DNA of 64,000 bases. Origin: Candidatus Bathyarchaeota archaeon. GTDB lineage: Archaea > Thermoproteota > Bathyarchaeia > Bathyarchaeales > Bathycorpusculaceae. The notes beneath the pieces were generated by a model that was not told the origin of the DNA, searched no databases, and worked only from the letters and a program-made list of their open reading frames with translations. Shown in pieces: positions 51,923 to 61,821 of the stretch. The DNA is taken from the NCBI GenBank assembly GCA_963775895.1, contig CAVZKL010000017.1, forward strand, positions 128,001 to 192,000, given 5' to 3'. A program made the translations under genes and the position numbers. Every line of letters begins with the position of its first letter. Position 1 is the first letter of the stretch.

Positions 51923-53407
51923 TTGCTTATGTTCAAGCCTGAAGGAATTTTCCCCGCTTTGGTGACACCGTTTACCGATGATGGAAGTGGCGTTGATGAA
52001 CAAAGGCTGCGAGCGCTAGTTGACCATTGCATCGAGATGGGGGTTCACGGAGTCGTTCCATGTGGAACGACCGGCGAGTCTGTTAATTTGACGGTCGAAG
52101 AGAAGAAACGGGTCATCAGGATCGTGGTTGATGAGGTCAACGGAAAGGTTCCGGTCATAGCTGGGACAGGTTCCAGCGGGACGGACCAGACTGTTGAAAT
52201 GACGAAGTATGCCAAGGACGCTGGAGTGACGGCTGCTTTGATCGTCACGCCTTATTACTTGAAGCCTGCGGACCGCGGAATTTACGAACACTACAGCACC
52301 ATAGCGAGTGAAGTTGACTTGCCGATAATATTGTACAACATTCCGCAGTGCACGGGGTTGGATTTGCCTTGGCAGATGGTGGAAGACCTTGCCCAGATAC
52401 CGAACATCGTTGGTGTCAAAGACAGCAGTGGACAGTTGAAGTTCATACTGGCCGTTCTGGAAAAGGTCAGAGACAAGATAAATGTGCTTTGTGGACACGA
52501 TGAAGTTGTGATGGCTGGTCTAGCTGCGGGTTGTTCTGGCGCCATACTTGCCAGTGCTAATGTGATCCCTGACGTTTGGGTTCAAATGTACAACCATGTC
52601 AAAATGGGTGAGCTTCAGCAAGCTCGCGAGCTTCAGTACAAGATCCAAAAAATAGCCAGGATAATCGCCGGAAGCGGAGCGGTTGGAACAAAAGAGGCTT
52701 TGAACATGATGAAAATCAAGGTGGGGCCCGTCAGAAAACCTCTCAGTGTGGGTGGAGAGTTGACGTATGAATCAAGAGAGGAACTGCGTCTTGACCTGGA
52801 AAAGATCGGAAAGATAAAGCCTAGGGTAATATCCTTCGAGATGCCAGAGAAGCCGATCGAAGAACGGTTCGCGGCAGTCGAGATAACACCCGAGATCATC
52901 AAGGACTGGAATTTGCGAGTCGGGGAAGCTTTGGCGGGACAGGGTGCAGAAGTGGCACACATCGATCTTCTGATCGGCAGAAAAGATGGTCCTGTTGCTG
53001 CGGCTCTTGCGACTGCGAAAGCGACGCCGGAATCGGGACACGAGCCTTTGCTTGCAATTCTGGAGCCTAATCTTTCCGTCAAGCCTGTGACTCTGATCGT
53101 GCCAACTGTTACTATAACGAGTATGCGGCAGGCAAGTATGGTTTATGGTCCGGCGCAGACTGCGGTGGCAAAAGCCGTTGTTGACAGCGTTGCAGATGGG
53201 ACAATTCCCAAAGCCGCAGTAGACGAATTGGTGATAATCGCGAACGTGTTCGTTCATCCGACTGCGGTCGATAGACAGAGAGTCTACATCAACAATTACA
53301 AGGCGATGCGACATGCTATTCGCAAAACTGTGGAAGGCAGACCGAGTATTGACGAGCTCATAGAGAACAAGGATCGTTCGAAGCATCCGTTTAAGTATGG
53401 TCCGTAG
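51923..53407 (+). CDS. DapA/NAL-family class I aldolase fused to formaldehyde-activating enzyme (Fae) domain
   Basis: N-terminal PALVTPF, GTTGES, TPYY, LYNIP, GVKDSSG; C-terminal (from about 52910) VGEAL..EVAHIDLLIG, PNL.VKP, GPAQ.AVAKAV, VFVHP, NNY, HPF. Confidence 0.9.
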   Translation: MLMFKPEGIFPALVTPFTDDGSGVDEQRLRALVDHCIEMGVHGVVPCGTTGESVNLTVEEKKRVIRIVVDEVNGKVPVIAGTGSSGTDQTVEMTKYAKDAGVTAALIVTPYYLKPADRGIYEHYSTIASEVDLPIILYNIPQCTGLDLPWQMVEDLAQIPNIVGVKDSSGQLKFILAVLEKVRDKINVLCGHDEVVMAGLAAGCSGAILASANVIPDVWVQMYNHVKMGELQQARELQYKIQKIARIIAGSGAVGTKEALNMMKIKVGPVRKPLSVGGELTYESREELRLDLEKIGKIKPRVISFEMPEKPIEERFAAVEITPEIIKDWNLRVGEALAGQGAEVAHIDLLIGRKDGPVAAALATAKATPESGHEPLLAILEPNLSVKPVTLIVPTVTITSMRQASMVYGPAQTAVAKAVVDSVADGTIPKAAVDELVIIANVFVHPTAVDRQRVYINNYKAMRHAIRKTVEGRPSIDELIENKDRSKHPFKYGP

Positions 53408-54216
53408 TGAGCGCAGTGATAGACGACCTGATTGTCGAGGGGCAGTACGTACTTCTCGAATTGAGTCAGCGCAAGACCTACTTGGTCAAGGTTGAAAAGG
53501 GCAAGAGTTTTCACACGCACAAAGGGTTTGTGACGTTGGACAACTTGATTGGAAAAGCGTATGGCTCAACCATATCGAGTAGTCTGGGTTTCGAGTTTGT
53601 TGCTCTGAAACCCATGCTTCGTGATTACATTTTGAAGTGTGCGAGGCAGACGCAGATCATGTATCCCAAGGACATTGCTCTGATAGTTATGTTCAGTGGA
53701 ATTGGACCTGGGAGTCGTGTGGTTGAAGCAGGAACTGGTACGGCAGCGATGACTACGGCCTTGGCGCATTATGTTAAGCCGAGTGGCAAGGTTTACAGTT
53801 ACGAGATCAGGGAAGAATTTCGGGTAACGGCTGAGAAGAATCTTGTCAGGGCTGGGTTGATTGATTTTGTGGAATTGAAGAACAAGGACGTAACGGCAGG
53901 AATAGATGAGGAAAAAGTGGACGCTGTGATTCTTGACCTCGCTGTTCCATGGCTGGTGGTTCCACGTGCATACGATGCTCTGAAAGCCAGCGGGACGATA
54001 GTCTCGTTCAGTCCAACGATAGATCAGGTTGTGAGAACCGTTGACGCGCTCAGGGAGAATAGCTTCACTGACATCGAGACCGTTGAATGTTTGATGCGGG
54101 GTATGCAGGTGGAAATCGGAAGAACTCGTCCCCAGACACTGATGACCGGTCACTCAGGTTACATCACGAACGCGCGCAAGAAAGTCAGGACCGGTGCATC
54201 AGACGAGCCAGCGTAA
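53407..54216 (+). CDS. trmI: tRNA (adenine-N1)-methyltransferase
   Basis: FHTHKG, QIMYPKD, VVEAGTG, YEIREE, LDLAVPW, SFSP, GHSGY. Confidence 0.93.
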   Translation: MSAVIDDLIVEGQYVLLELSQRKTYLVKVEKGKSFHTHKGFVTLDNLIGKAYGSTISSSLGFEFVALKPMLRDYILKCARQTQIMYPKDIALIVMFSGIGPGSRVVEAGTGTAAMTTALAHYVKPSGKVYSYEIREEFRVTAEKNLVRAGLIDFVELKNKDVTAGIDEEKVDAVILDLAVPWLVVPRAYDALKASGTIVSFSPTIDQVVRTVDALRENSFTDIETVECLMRGMQVEIGRTRPQTLMTGHSGYITNARKKVRTGASDEPA

Positions 54217-54495
54217 CTGGGTTCTAAATGTGAGTATTTGCATAGAGGATTCTTCTAGAAGCTTGTTTCAGAAACGATAAATCATCTGGTTCTGCGTATC
54301 ATGATTCTGTAGAGAGAAATTCAGGAGTTGAAAGGAGAGGGGAGACGTGGATTGCGCATCCATTTAGGGGTGCGCGGTCCAATAAAGCCGAGGACTTTCT
54401 AGTTGCGTGCGCGTCACTCGAGTTTGGATTATTGAACTGAGAAATCGTTTGTCTCATGCGGGTTTTGAAATTCAAAATGGTCGTCAAGGTTTAGG

Positions 54496-54578
54496 TTTAT
54501 TCGCTGTTTTTTCAGCCATTGTGTACCTCCCCTCCTCGGTTTCAATGTATCATGAATATTAGGATCCAAATATGCACG
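54496..54578 (-). repeat. Copy 2 of the conserved intergenic element (49-bp exact core 54530-54578), inverted relative to copy 1
   Basis: Reverse complement matches 36016-36064 exactly. Confidence 0.92.
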
Positions 54579-54947
54579 AGTGCTCTCGGTTTTTTCGCCC
54601 GTGAATGTGAGGGTACTTTCTGCTTGGGCTGGGTGAGTCGGCTGAGATGAGGTGCAAAATTGGCTGTCAAGTGCCGTCCGTGTAACTCTGAGCTTTCATC
54701 TTTCTCTTCAATCTAATGCCTTTTCATCATCCGGCATGAGAAAGTTATCTGCGTCAGGGATAAAAACGTTCGCAAACTCCTCTGCAAAAATCTTCTGCAC
54801 GAATCGGTGGGTCCGAGCTTGCTAGCCGTGATACCGCGTTTTCACTTCTGGGATGACGTATACTGTTCTGGAATACACATTTTTGATTCATAAATGAGTT
54901 AAGTAGCCTTAGCCTATTCTCAGCGTAAACAATGGGGGAAAAATACG

Positions 54948-55130
54948 TTGAAAAAAACGTTCACCATTAAGGAAAGAAAAGAACTGCAATCCAAAATGTC
55001 CAAGGTTTTACACGGTAACATCGATGGACTTTCGACAGAATTGCAAAGAATATTGCTAGACGACCTAGTGACAGCCTTTCAAAATAGAATGAACGTGCTA
55101 ATCCGTGCACAGGCGAAGGGTAGCTGCTAA
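54948..55130 (+). CDS. Small hypothetical protein
   Basis: 60-aa helical ORF (LSTELQRILLDDLVTAFQNR) with GGGGG upstream and a TATA-like TTAAGTA. Confidence 0.6.
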   Translation: MKKTFTIKERKELQSKMSKVLHGNIDGLSTELQRILLDDLVTAFQNRMNVLIRAQAKGSC

Positions 55131-55217
55131 CGAGGATCAAGGAGAAAAAACACTTACTACCGATACATAAAAGCTTTATATGGAGAGGTTTGAAATAAGG
55201 CAAAAGGTGTTTGGAAG

Positions 55218-55511
55218 ATGAGACGCTCCAAACTTGAAATGTATATCGACATACTCAAGGTATTGGCTCAACGTGGTCCACTGAAGCTAACTCACATCAT
55301 GTACAAGGCTAACGTCAACTGCAGCGTTTTGAAGGAATACTTGGACTTTTTGATTCAGCAAAACCTGGTTGAGGAACGTGCTGTAGGCAAACAACGCACA
55401 GTTTATGCTGTGACCCAAAGAGGCATAACGGTACTAAAGTACTTCAGAGAACTGAAACTAGTTCTTCCGATCGTCGAAGAAGCCAGAAACCGAGTTCCAG
55501 TACCGTTTTAA
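55218..55511 (+). CDS. Winged helix-turn-helix transcription regulator (MRRSKLE type)
   Basis: MRRSKLEMYIDIL, KLTHIMYKANVN, YAVTQRG. Confidence 0.9.
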   Translation: MRRSKLEMYIDILKVLAQRGPLKLTHIMYKANVNCSVLKEYLDFLIQQNLVEERAVGKQRTVYAVTQRGITVLKYFRELKLVLPIVEEARNRVPVPF

Positions 55512-55762
55512 GCTGCCTCCCCAACTTTTTTAGCCAGATTCATCTTTTCATCAAACCATTCTACATCCTAGAATCAGATCTGTCTCAGAATTTCCGGCTT
55601 TGCTACGTTGTCTTGCACGGCGACGCCAAGCATGCGCGGCTGGATGGTCATCCTGTTGTGCTGGTTTATCTTGGAAATCAGTATGCGTGTTTCGTAAGAC
55701 TTAATAAATGCGCACCGCATAACGCTATTGTACACGTGTAAAACACTAAGAGGAAGACGCAT

Positions 55763-56140
55763 TTGTCCAAAGAACAGGTTCTTGGAAATAAGCCGCTATC
55801 GGTCCTAGAAAAGATACGCGAAAACCTCGAAAAGCTGAACGAAAAAGTGGAGATCATGATTGAGCTTCAGAAGCACGACCGAAAAGATGTTCAACAACCT
55901 CTCTCGGATGCACCATTAGACGTCATGACGTTGCTTTCGATGCCCGACCATCTGAGAAAGACCGCCATGACAGTTTGCCGACTAGGACGGGCGACTGCTG
56001 ACGAAACAGCGGACCAGACAAAAAGGGCAAGAGCCGTGGAAAGTGCGTACCTAAATCAACTCGTAATCATGGGACACCTTAAGAAGGAGAGAAACGGCAG
56101 AAAGGCCTACTTCTTCGTCGAGAGGGAGAACCAGAAGTGA
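55763..56140 (+). CDS. Coiled-coil plus winged-helix DNA-binding protein
   Basis: N-terminal heptads, then LLSMPDHLRKT..ATADE...RARAVESAYLNQLV.MG..KKERNGRKAYF. Confidence 0.8.
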   Translation: MSKEQVLGNKPLSVLEKIRENLEKLNEKVEIMIELQKHDRKDVQQPLSDAPLDVMTLLSMPDHLRKTAMTVCRLGRATADETADQTKRARAVESAYLNQLVIMGHLKKERNGRKAYFFVERENQK

Positions 56141-56919
56141 TGAAAGTGGGCAAAATAATCGCTGTACACTCGTACAAGGGCGGCACGGGCAAAACACTTC
56201 TGTCAATAAACCTCGCCGCGACTTTCGCGAAACATGGAAAAAAAGTCTGCCTATTCGATCTTGACTTTCGCGCTCCAAGCCTTGCGACGCTGTTCAAGAT
56301 TGACAAAGCCGAGTTCTGGCTCAACGATTACCTAAACGGACTCTGTGAAATCAACAAGGTTCTCATAGATTTGAGCCACAGAATCGACAATGGCGGCCAA
56401 CTCGTCGTGGGCTTAGCCAACCCCTCAACCGAAGCCATCAGAGATATGTCAGCCAAGGACAGAAAATGGGAGATGCATGCTCTCGGAAGGCTACTCGCAC
56501 TCAAAACTTCATTACTCGGCGAAAACGGCTTTGACTACTTGATCTGCGACACGAGTCCGGGTCTTCAATACTCTTCCATAAACGCGATCGTAAGCGCAGA
56601 TCTAGTGCTCGTGGCGACAACGTTCGACAGATCAGACGTGGATGGAACGAGACGCATGTTAAGAGAGCTGTATGATCTGTTCGAAAAGAAAACAGAAATC
56701 GTGCTGAACAAGGTCCTCGATGGATCTGCCAAGACGGACAAAGAGGAAGCAAAAGCAAAGCTCAAAGAGGTGTATCAAGTCCCACTCTTAGGGATCATAC
56801 CGTGTTTCTGTGACGTCCTCAAAGCCGAAGGCAGCATCGTTTTCGCACAGGACAAGCCTGACCACCCATTTACACGAATCTTGAACGAAATGAGTATCAA
56901 AATAGACGGATTAGGCTGA
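56137..56919 (+). CDS. MinD/ParA family ATPase
   Basis: Deviant Walker A SYKGGTGKT, DLDFRAPSL, DTSPG, VLNKV; GTGA overlap with the upstream gene. Confidence 0.92.
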   Translation: MMKVGKIIAVHSYKGGTGKTLLSINLAATFAKHGKKVCLFDLDFRAPSLATLFKIDKAEFWLNDYLNGLCEINKVLIDLSHRIDNGGQLVVGLANPSTEAIRDMSAKDRKWEMHALGRLLALKTSLLGENGFDYLICDTSPGLQYSSINAIVSADLVLVATTFDRSDVDGTRRMLRELYDLFEKKTEIVLNKVLDGSAKTDKEEAKAKLKEVYQVPLLGIIPCFCDVLKAEGSIVFAQDKPDHPFTRILNEMSIKIDGLG

Positions 56920-57074
56920 TCTCAAGTCTTTTCCGCATCAGATTTTTTTCTTCTATGATGCAGATAGTGCCCAAAATCAAGTCTACGCCCATTTATTCTG
57001 CGCAAGTCTACAGATCAAAACTCTTATACAACTGAAAGCTACTGTAACCATTCCTCAGGATTAATGGAGACAAT

Positions 57075-57698
57075 TTGCTATTGCAAAATTCGGCAATCGT
57101 GCTTGCTGGTGGGATCTCGAGCAGAATAGGCGAAGACAAAGGACTAGTCGAGCTTGCGAGAAAACCATTAATAAAACACGTACTTGACAGAACAGAGAAC
57201 CTAGTTGATGAAAAGATCGTCGTAGTAAAATCGAAAAACCAGGCTGAAAAATACAAATGCGTTCTGGGCTCAGACGTCAAGCTTACTGTCGACAAAGTTG
57301 GCCTGCGCAGTCCACTCGTGGGCGCAGTCGCTGGTTTTGAAAGCGCACGGGGAGTTTATTCGATTCTTCTCTCCTGTGATGCACCTTTTGTTTCGAAAGA
57401 AATTCTTCAACTCTTACTCGAATTGTGCGTAAACAAGAACGCTGCAATCCCCCGATGGCCAAACTGCTTCACAGAACCATTGCAGGCTGTTTATTGCACC
57501 AAACCCGCGCTCGAGGCTGCAAGCGATAGTCTATGTTCCGGCAACCTAAGACTTCAGGGCATGGTAGATCGGTTGAAGAACGTGCGCTACGTTTCAACGC
57601 TCGTGCTCGAGCAGCTTGATCCTAGGTTGGACACGTTCTTCAACGTGAACACAACACTCGACCTGAAGAGAGCAGAGTCCATTCTGAAAATTCACTGA
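57075..57698 (+). CDS. mobA: Molybdenum cofactor guanylyltransferase
   Basis: IVLAGG.SSR.G.DKG, SCDAPF, EPLQAVY, FFNVNT. Confidence 0.9.
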   Translation: MLLQNSAIVLAGGISSRIGEDKGLVELARKPLIKHVLDRTENLVDEKIVVVKSKNQAEKYKCVLGSDVKLTVDKVGLRSPLVGAVAGFESARGVYSILLSCDAPFVSKEILQLLLELCVNKNAAIPRWPNCFTEPLQAVYCTKPALEAASDSLCSGNLRLQGMVDRLKNVRYVSTLVLEQLDPRLDTFFNVNTTLDLKRAESILKIH

Positions 57699-57778
57699 GC
57701 TACTTGCATGAACGATTCCGTTAAGAAGCATATAAACGAGAGAACGTCTCACTTCAATACCCAAGGCAAGGCGTCAAA

Positions 57779-58509
57779 TTGTCGACAAAGAACGGCGGGC
57801 AGTTATCGGATTTGAACTTTCACCCTTTGACTCCTGAGCTTTGGACGGATCTTGAAACTCTCTTTGGTCCTCGAGGAGCTTGTGGAGGCTGCTGGTGCAT
57901 GTGGTGGCGACTTCCAACATCCAAGTTCATGAAGAACAGAGGCGAGTCAAACAGAACTGCATTGAAAGAAATAGTCAATCTGGGCCGTTGTCCTGGAATC
58001 CTTGCCTATATAAGGAAGCAACCAATCGGATGGTGCGCTCTTGCTCCCAGGGAGGAATACCCGAAACTCGAGCGATCTCGCATTCTTAAAAGGGTTGATG
58101 AAAGTCGGTATGGTCCGTGGTCTGTTTTTTCGTTGACAAGAAGTTCAGGCGAAGCGGGCTCACAGTCAAATTACTGGAAGCGGCCAAGGTCTATGTCGAA
58201 AATAAAGGCGGTGCGGTCATGGAAGGCTACCCGCTGGATCTTAAGGCAAAGAAAACACCCGACGCATTTGCTTATACAGGGCTTTTGCCGACGTTTCTTA
58301 AAGCAGGTTTTGTGGAGGTGGCACGAAGGAGCCAGAACCGGCCGATAATGAGATTTCGTGTCGGAACAGATTGCGAAGAAGGCGGGTCAACAAAATCGTT
58401 TCAAAAACCGCATCTCTCAGGCCACGTACGCAAAGCTTTTATAGGGGAATCCACAAAATCAGACATTTTCGACATGCCAATGTATAAGTCACGGTGCAGC
58501 TTCAAATGA
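57779..58509 (+). CDS. GNAT family acetyltransferase; apparent frameshift near 58105
   Basis: LFG.RGACGGCWCMWWR, PIGWC..APR, then VCFFV..FRR.G, EGYP, YTG..F.KAGF. Confidence 0.82.
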
Positions 58510-59258
58510 ATATTGAAACAAACCTGCTAATCACACTACTAAAACTGACCAAAGACGGACCTGTTTCACAAGAAATGATAAATAAAGATGCAAGAATCCC
58601 CAAGCAGGTGAGCACCAAATTGCTTCAAACACTACAAAATAGTCATCTGGTTTATGTGCACGACAAGATCGTTGAAGTCGGCGATCTGGAACGCTTGGAA
58701 ATTGCCGTAAAGGCGATCAAGTCAGGTGCCGACCTTGAAAGGGTGAGTGATCTTCTTCAATGGAAGGAGTTCGAGGCAATGGCGGCCGTTGCCTATGAGA
58801 ACAATGGCTATGCCGTGCAAAGAAACGTGCGCTTCAAACAGGGAGGACGCAGATGGGAAATCGACGTCGTCGGATACAGAAAACCGCTAGTGGTCTGTAC
58901 AGATTGTAAACACTGGCACCACAGACTTTGCAGCTCTACGATAGATAGAATCGTGAGCGACCAAGTAACGCGTGTGCGCGCACTAATACGATCTCTACCT
59001 GATCCGAAAATAAAGATACCGACTGAATCGTTGAACACTCTGGAGTTTGTGCCTGTTGTCCTTTCTCTTATTGCCGACGAGCCGAAGTTTCACGAGAGAG
59101 TTCCTATTGTTTCGATTCTGCAGTTGCAGGACTTCTTGAATCATCTGCCTACACACATCAATTCTCTGCTTTGCATCAGGGTGGACGACCTCGGTACGTC
59201 TATCGGTCGCCAAAAGAAAATCACAGACAAGGGTTTTTCACAGTCTGAGCCATCCTAG
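58506..59258 (+). CDS. PD-(D/E)XK nuclease (Mrr/restriction endonuclease-like) with N-terminal HTH-like region
   Basis: WKEFE..A...NGY, EIDVVG, DCKHW. Confidence 0.75.
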   Translation: MNIETNLLITLLKLTKDGPVSQEMINKDARIPKQVSTKLLQTLQNSHLVYVHDKIVEVGDLERLEIAVKAIKSGADLERVSDLLQWKEFEAMAAVAYENNGYAVQRNVRFKQGGRRWEIDVVGYRKPLVVCTDCKHWHHRLCSSTIDRIVSDQVTRVRALIRSLPDPKIKIPTESLNTLEFVPVVLSLIADEPKFHERVPIVSILQLQDFLNHLPTHINSLLCIRVDDLGTSIGRQKKITDKGFSQSEPS

Positions 59259-59265
59259 ATCGAAT

Positions 59266-61135
59266 TTAGTCTCTGCCTAGAACTTCGATGAGTGGCTTAC
59301 GTGCAAACCTTAGGGCCGGATAGAGGCTTGACAGCAATGTTATCATGAGCGCGATCGCCTGCAATCCCGCAATCTGGAGAATGGTGAAATTCGTGATGAC
59401 AGGGTCGGGAATCAAAATCAAGAGAGTTACGATCGTTCCAATCGAGATTCCGATGCCATAGCTTGAAAATAGGATGAGCAGGCTCTGTTCGGAGATCATA
59501 CTAAACACATTTTTAGATTGCGCTCCCACCGCCCTCATGACGCCAAATTCGTGACGTTGTTCATCTATAGCCAATATGACGTAACATATGAGGCAAAGAG
59601 ACGCTGAAACAAGAGAGAACAACGGAATGACCATCACCGTCGACCAAGTATAACCCAAGAACCCCAGACTTCCAGTTAGGAAATCGTCAAGGTCCAAGAC
59701 GCTAAAATCCTTGGCGAAGGTTTTAACGGTGGCGTTTATCTGCTGCAGCATTTCAGATTTGTTGAATGATGGATCCATACTCAGCAAAACGAAATTTGGT
59801 CCTAGGATGCCAGTTGCAGTTCGCAAAACGTCATAATTGACGTACGTGACATTGCCGTTGTTCAATGGATCAATGCACACGCCAACGATGTCAAAATCAG
59901 AACCAAAAACCCTTAGCTTCTGAACCAGTGGCTCAGAAAGCAGTGTTCCTGAAAGTGTGTCGCCCACGACAACCTCATGACTTTGGCTGGAGCCAAGTTG
60001 CCTACCGTCTATATACCATTTCCCCAACGTTTCTTGCGGGTCAATTCCGATGATTAATGATTTACCCTCACGACTGTCTCCAACGGTCTGGATGTTTTGA
60101 CTGGTTTCCCCCAGTACGTATCCCTGCACTTCTTGCACGGTTGCTTCGGTAACTAATCGTTTTTCAACCTTCGTGACGCCGTTGAGAGACATCAACCCCG
60201 CGATTAGATCCTGAGGAACTATATACCTCGTATCCGTATAGTTGAACCCTGCAAGAGACGTGTGCGCGTAGAACTGCTTCAAAAGGAGCGAATAACGATC
60301 ACACATCTCCGTCTGTGCAACCAGAACAATGTTGGTGCCCGTCGCCTTCTCAACCCAGCTTTGCGTTGTTTGATTAGCGATGAGCCCTCCTGCTATTCCA
60401 ACTGTAACGAGCGTGAAGACTATGCTCATACAAAGAACGATCTTGACAGTTGCGGATCGCCTACGAATCACTCCTCGCAGAGCGACCGCGAATGTCATAC
60501 GTCGGCTTGAAAGAGTTCTGAATTCTGTCTTTGCCATCGTACCGAATCGATATTCAGGAGACATGGCGTTCACTGGTGTCATTCTTGACGCCCTAAAGAC
60601 GGATGTGGTTCCAACGGCTAGGCCGATTGCAAGGAACAGCACGAACACGACCACGATGGATCCCAGATTCAATTCGAAAGGGTCCCATTTGAAACCCGAG
60701 AAGGCTCAAAAAATTCGATGATGCATAGCCTGCAAGGACTCCCAAGATTATCCCGAGAAAGCAACCTAGAAAGACTATGATGAGCAATTCTGTGAGAAAG
60801 TATCCGAATACAAGGTCACATGGACAACCTACCGCTTTGATCAATCCAATGTCTCTGACTCGCTGGGACATCATCAAAGAAATCATGAAAAAGACCATGA
60901 CCACTCCTGCGCATACTATCAAGACCGTCAAGAGTAGGATGAAAGGAGAAAAGATGCGTGAAAACCCCAGAGTTAACTTGTCTTCAACAGTGAGAGAAAG
61001 GCCAGAACCAATGTTCTCGGCGAAGAGAAGCAGAAAAAGCGTTGATCCGACGGAGAGTGCCAAGCTCACGACGACCAAGGTTGTCTGCAGTTTTCTCCTG
61101 AGCAGATCGTTGACAGGAAATGATGTTTCACTCAT
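59266..61135 (-). CDS. FtsX/MacB-like ABC permease; apparent frameshift near 60680
   Basis: QRVRDIGLIKAVG and EQRHEFGVMRAVGA FtsX motifs, large extracellular loop, C-terminal YPA. Confidence 0.82.
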
Positions 61136-61817
61136 GCCGATTCATCAGCTTGCCAGCTTCTAACCACAGACTCTGATGGGCTCTCTCGAATATTCGCTCG
61201 TCATGAGTGGCGACCACGATGGTTTTTCCATCTTTGTTTAACGAACCAAGGATCTCCACAATTCTTGCACTGATTTCTTCGTCAAGGTTGCCGGTGGGCT
61301 CGTCAACCAGAAGCAACGGAGGATCGTTTGCCAACGCTCGGGCAAATGCCACTCGCTGCTGTTCGCCTCCACTCAACTGAAATGGGAAGTGCTGAGACCT
61401 TTCCTGCAACCCCATCGATTCAAGGAGCTGTTCAACCCTATCTTTGACGTGTTCCTCGGGCTTTCGAAGCCACTCCATCGGAAACGCTATGTTTTCGGCG
61501 ACAGTCAGAGTTGAGACCAGGTTGTAAGATTGAAAGACAAAACCAATCTTGTTACATCTGAAATCTGACAGGAAATCCTCATTTCTCGAGTTCAAATCCT
61601 CTCCAAAAACCAGAATCTGGCCGCTTGTGGGTCTGTCGATGCCTCCGATTATGTTGAGAAGTGTCGTTTTTCCTGAGCCTGATGGTCCGCCAATAACCAC
61701 CAGATTGCCCATATGTACCTCGAGGTCAACATCCTTCAGGACTTCGAGTTCTGACTCTTTCGTCCCGTAGACCTTGCGCAAGGCAGACGCAGCAACAACA
61801 ATTTCATCATTGCTCAT
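61128..61817 (-). CDS. ABC transporter ATP-binding protein (LolD/MacB type)
   Basis: [40 protein letters not shown]. Confidence 0.95.
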   Translation of the reverse strand: MSNDEIVVAASALRKVYGTKESELEVLKDVDLEVHMGNLVVIGGPSGSGKTTLLNIIGGIDRPTSGQILVFGEDLNSRNEDFLSDFRCNKIGFVFQSYNLVSTLTVAENIAFPMEWLRKPEEHVKDRVEQLLESMGLQERSQHFPFQLSGGEQQRVAFARALANDPPLLLVDEPTGNLDEEISARIVEILGSLNKDGKTIVVATHDERIFERAHQSLWLEAGKLMNRHE

Positions 61818-61821
61818 TTTT

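Noticed and set aside
51923-52850. Plain dapA (lysine biosynthesis) call
   Set aside because: Lacks the Arg138 equivalent, has no dapB, asd or lysC neighbours, and is fused to Fae
54483-54519. Micro-ORF MAEKTANKPKP behind the GGAGG tract of repeat copy 2 (minus strand)
   Set aside because: Copy 1 has ATA in place of ATG and a different downstream sequence, so coding potential is not conserved
36011-54582. Casposon or Polinton-like self-synthesising element (inverted ends plus a PolB)
   Set aside because: The polymerase is cellular PolB2 type, there is no Cas1, integrase or transposase, and the cargo includes core trmI
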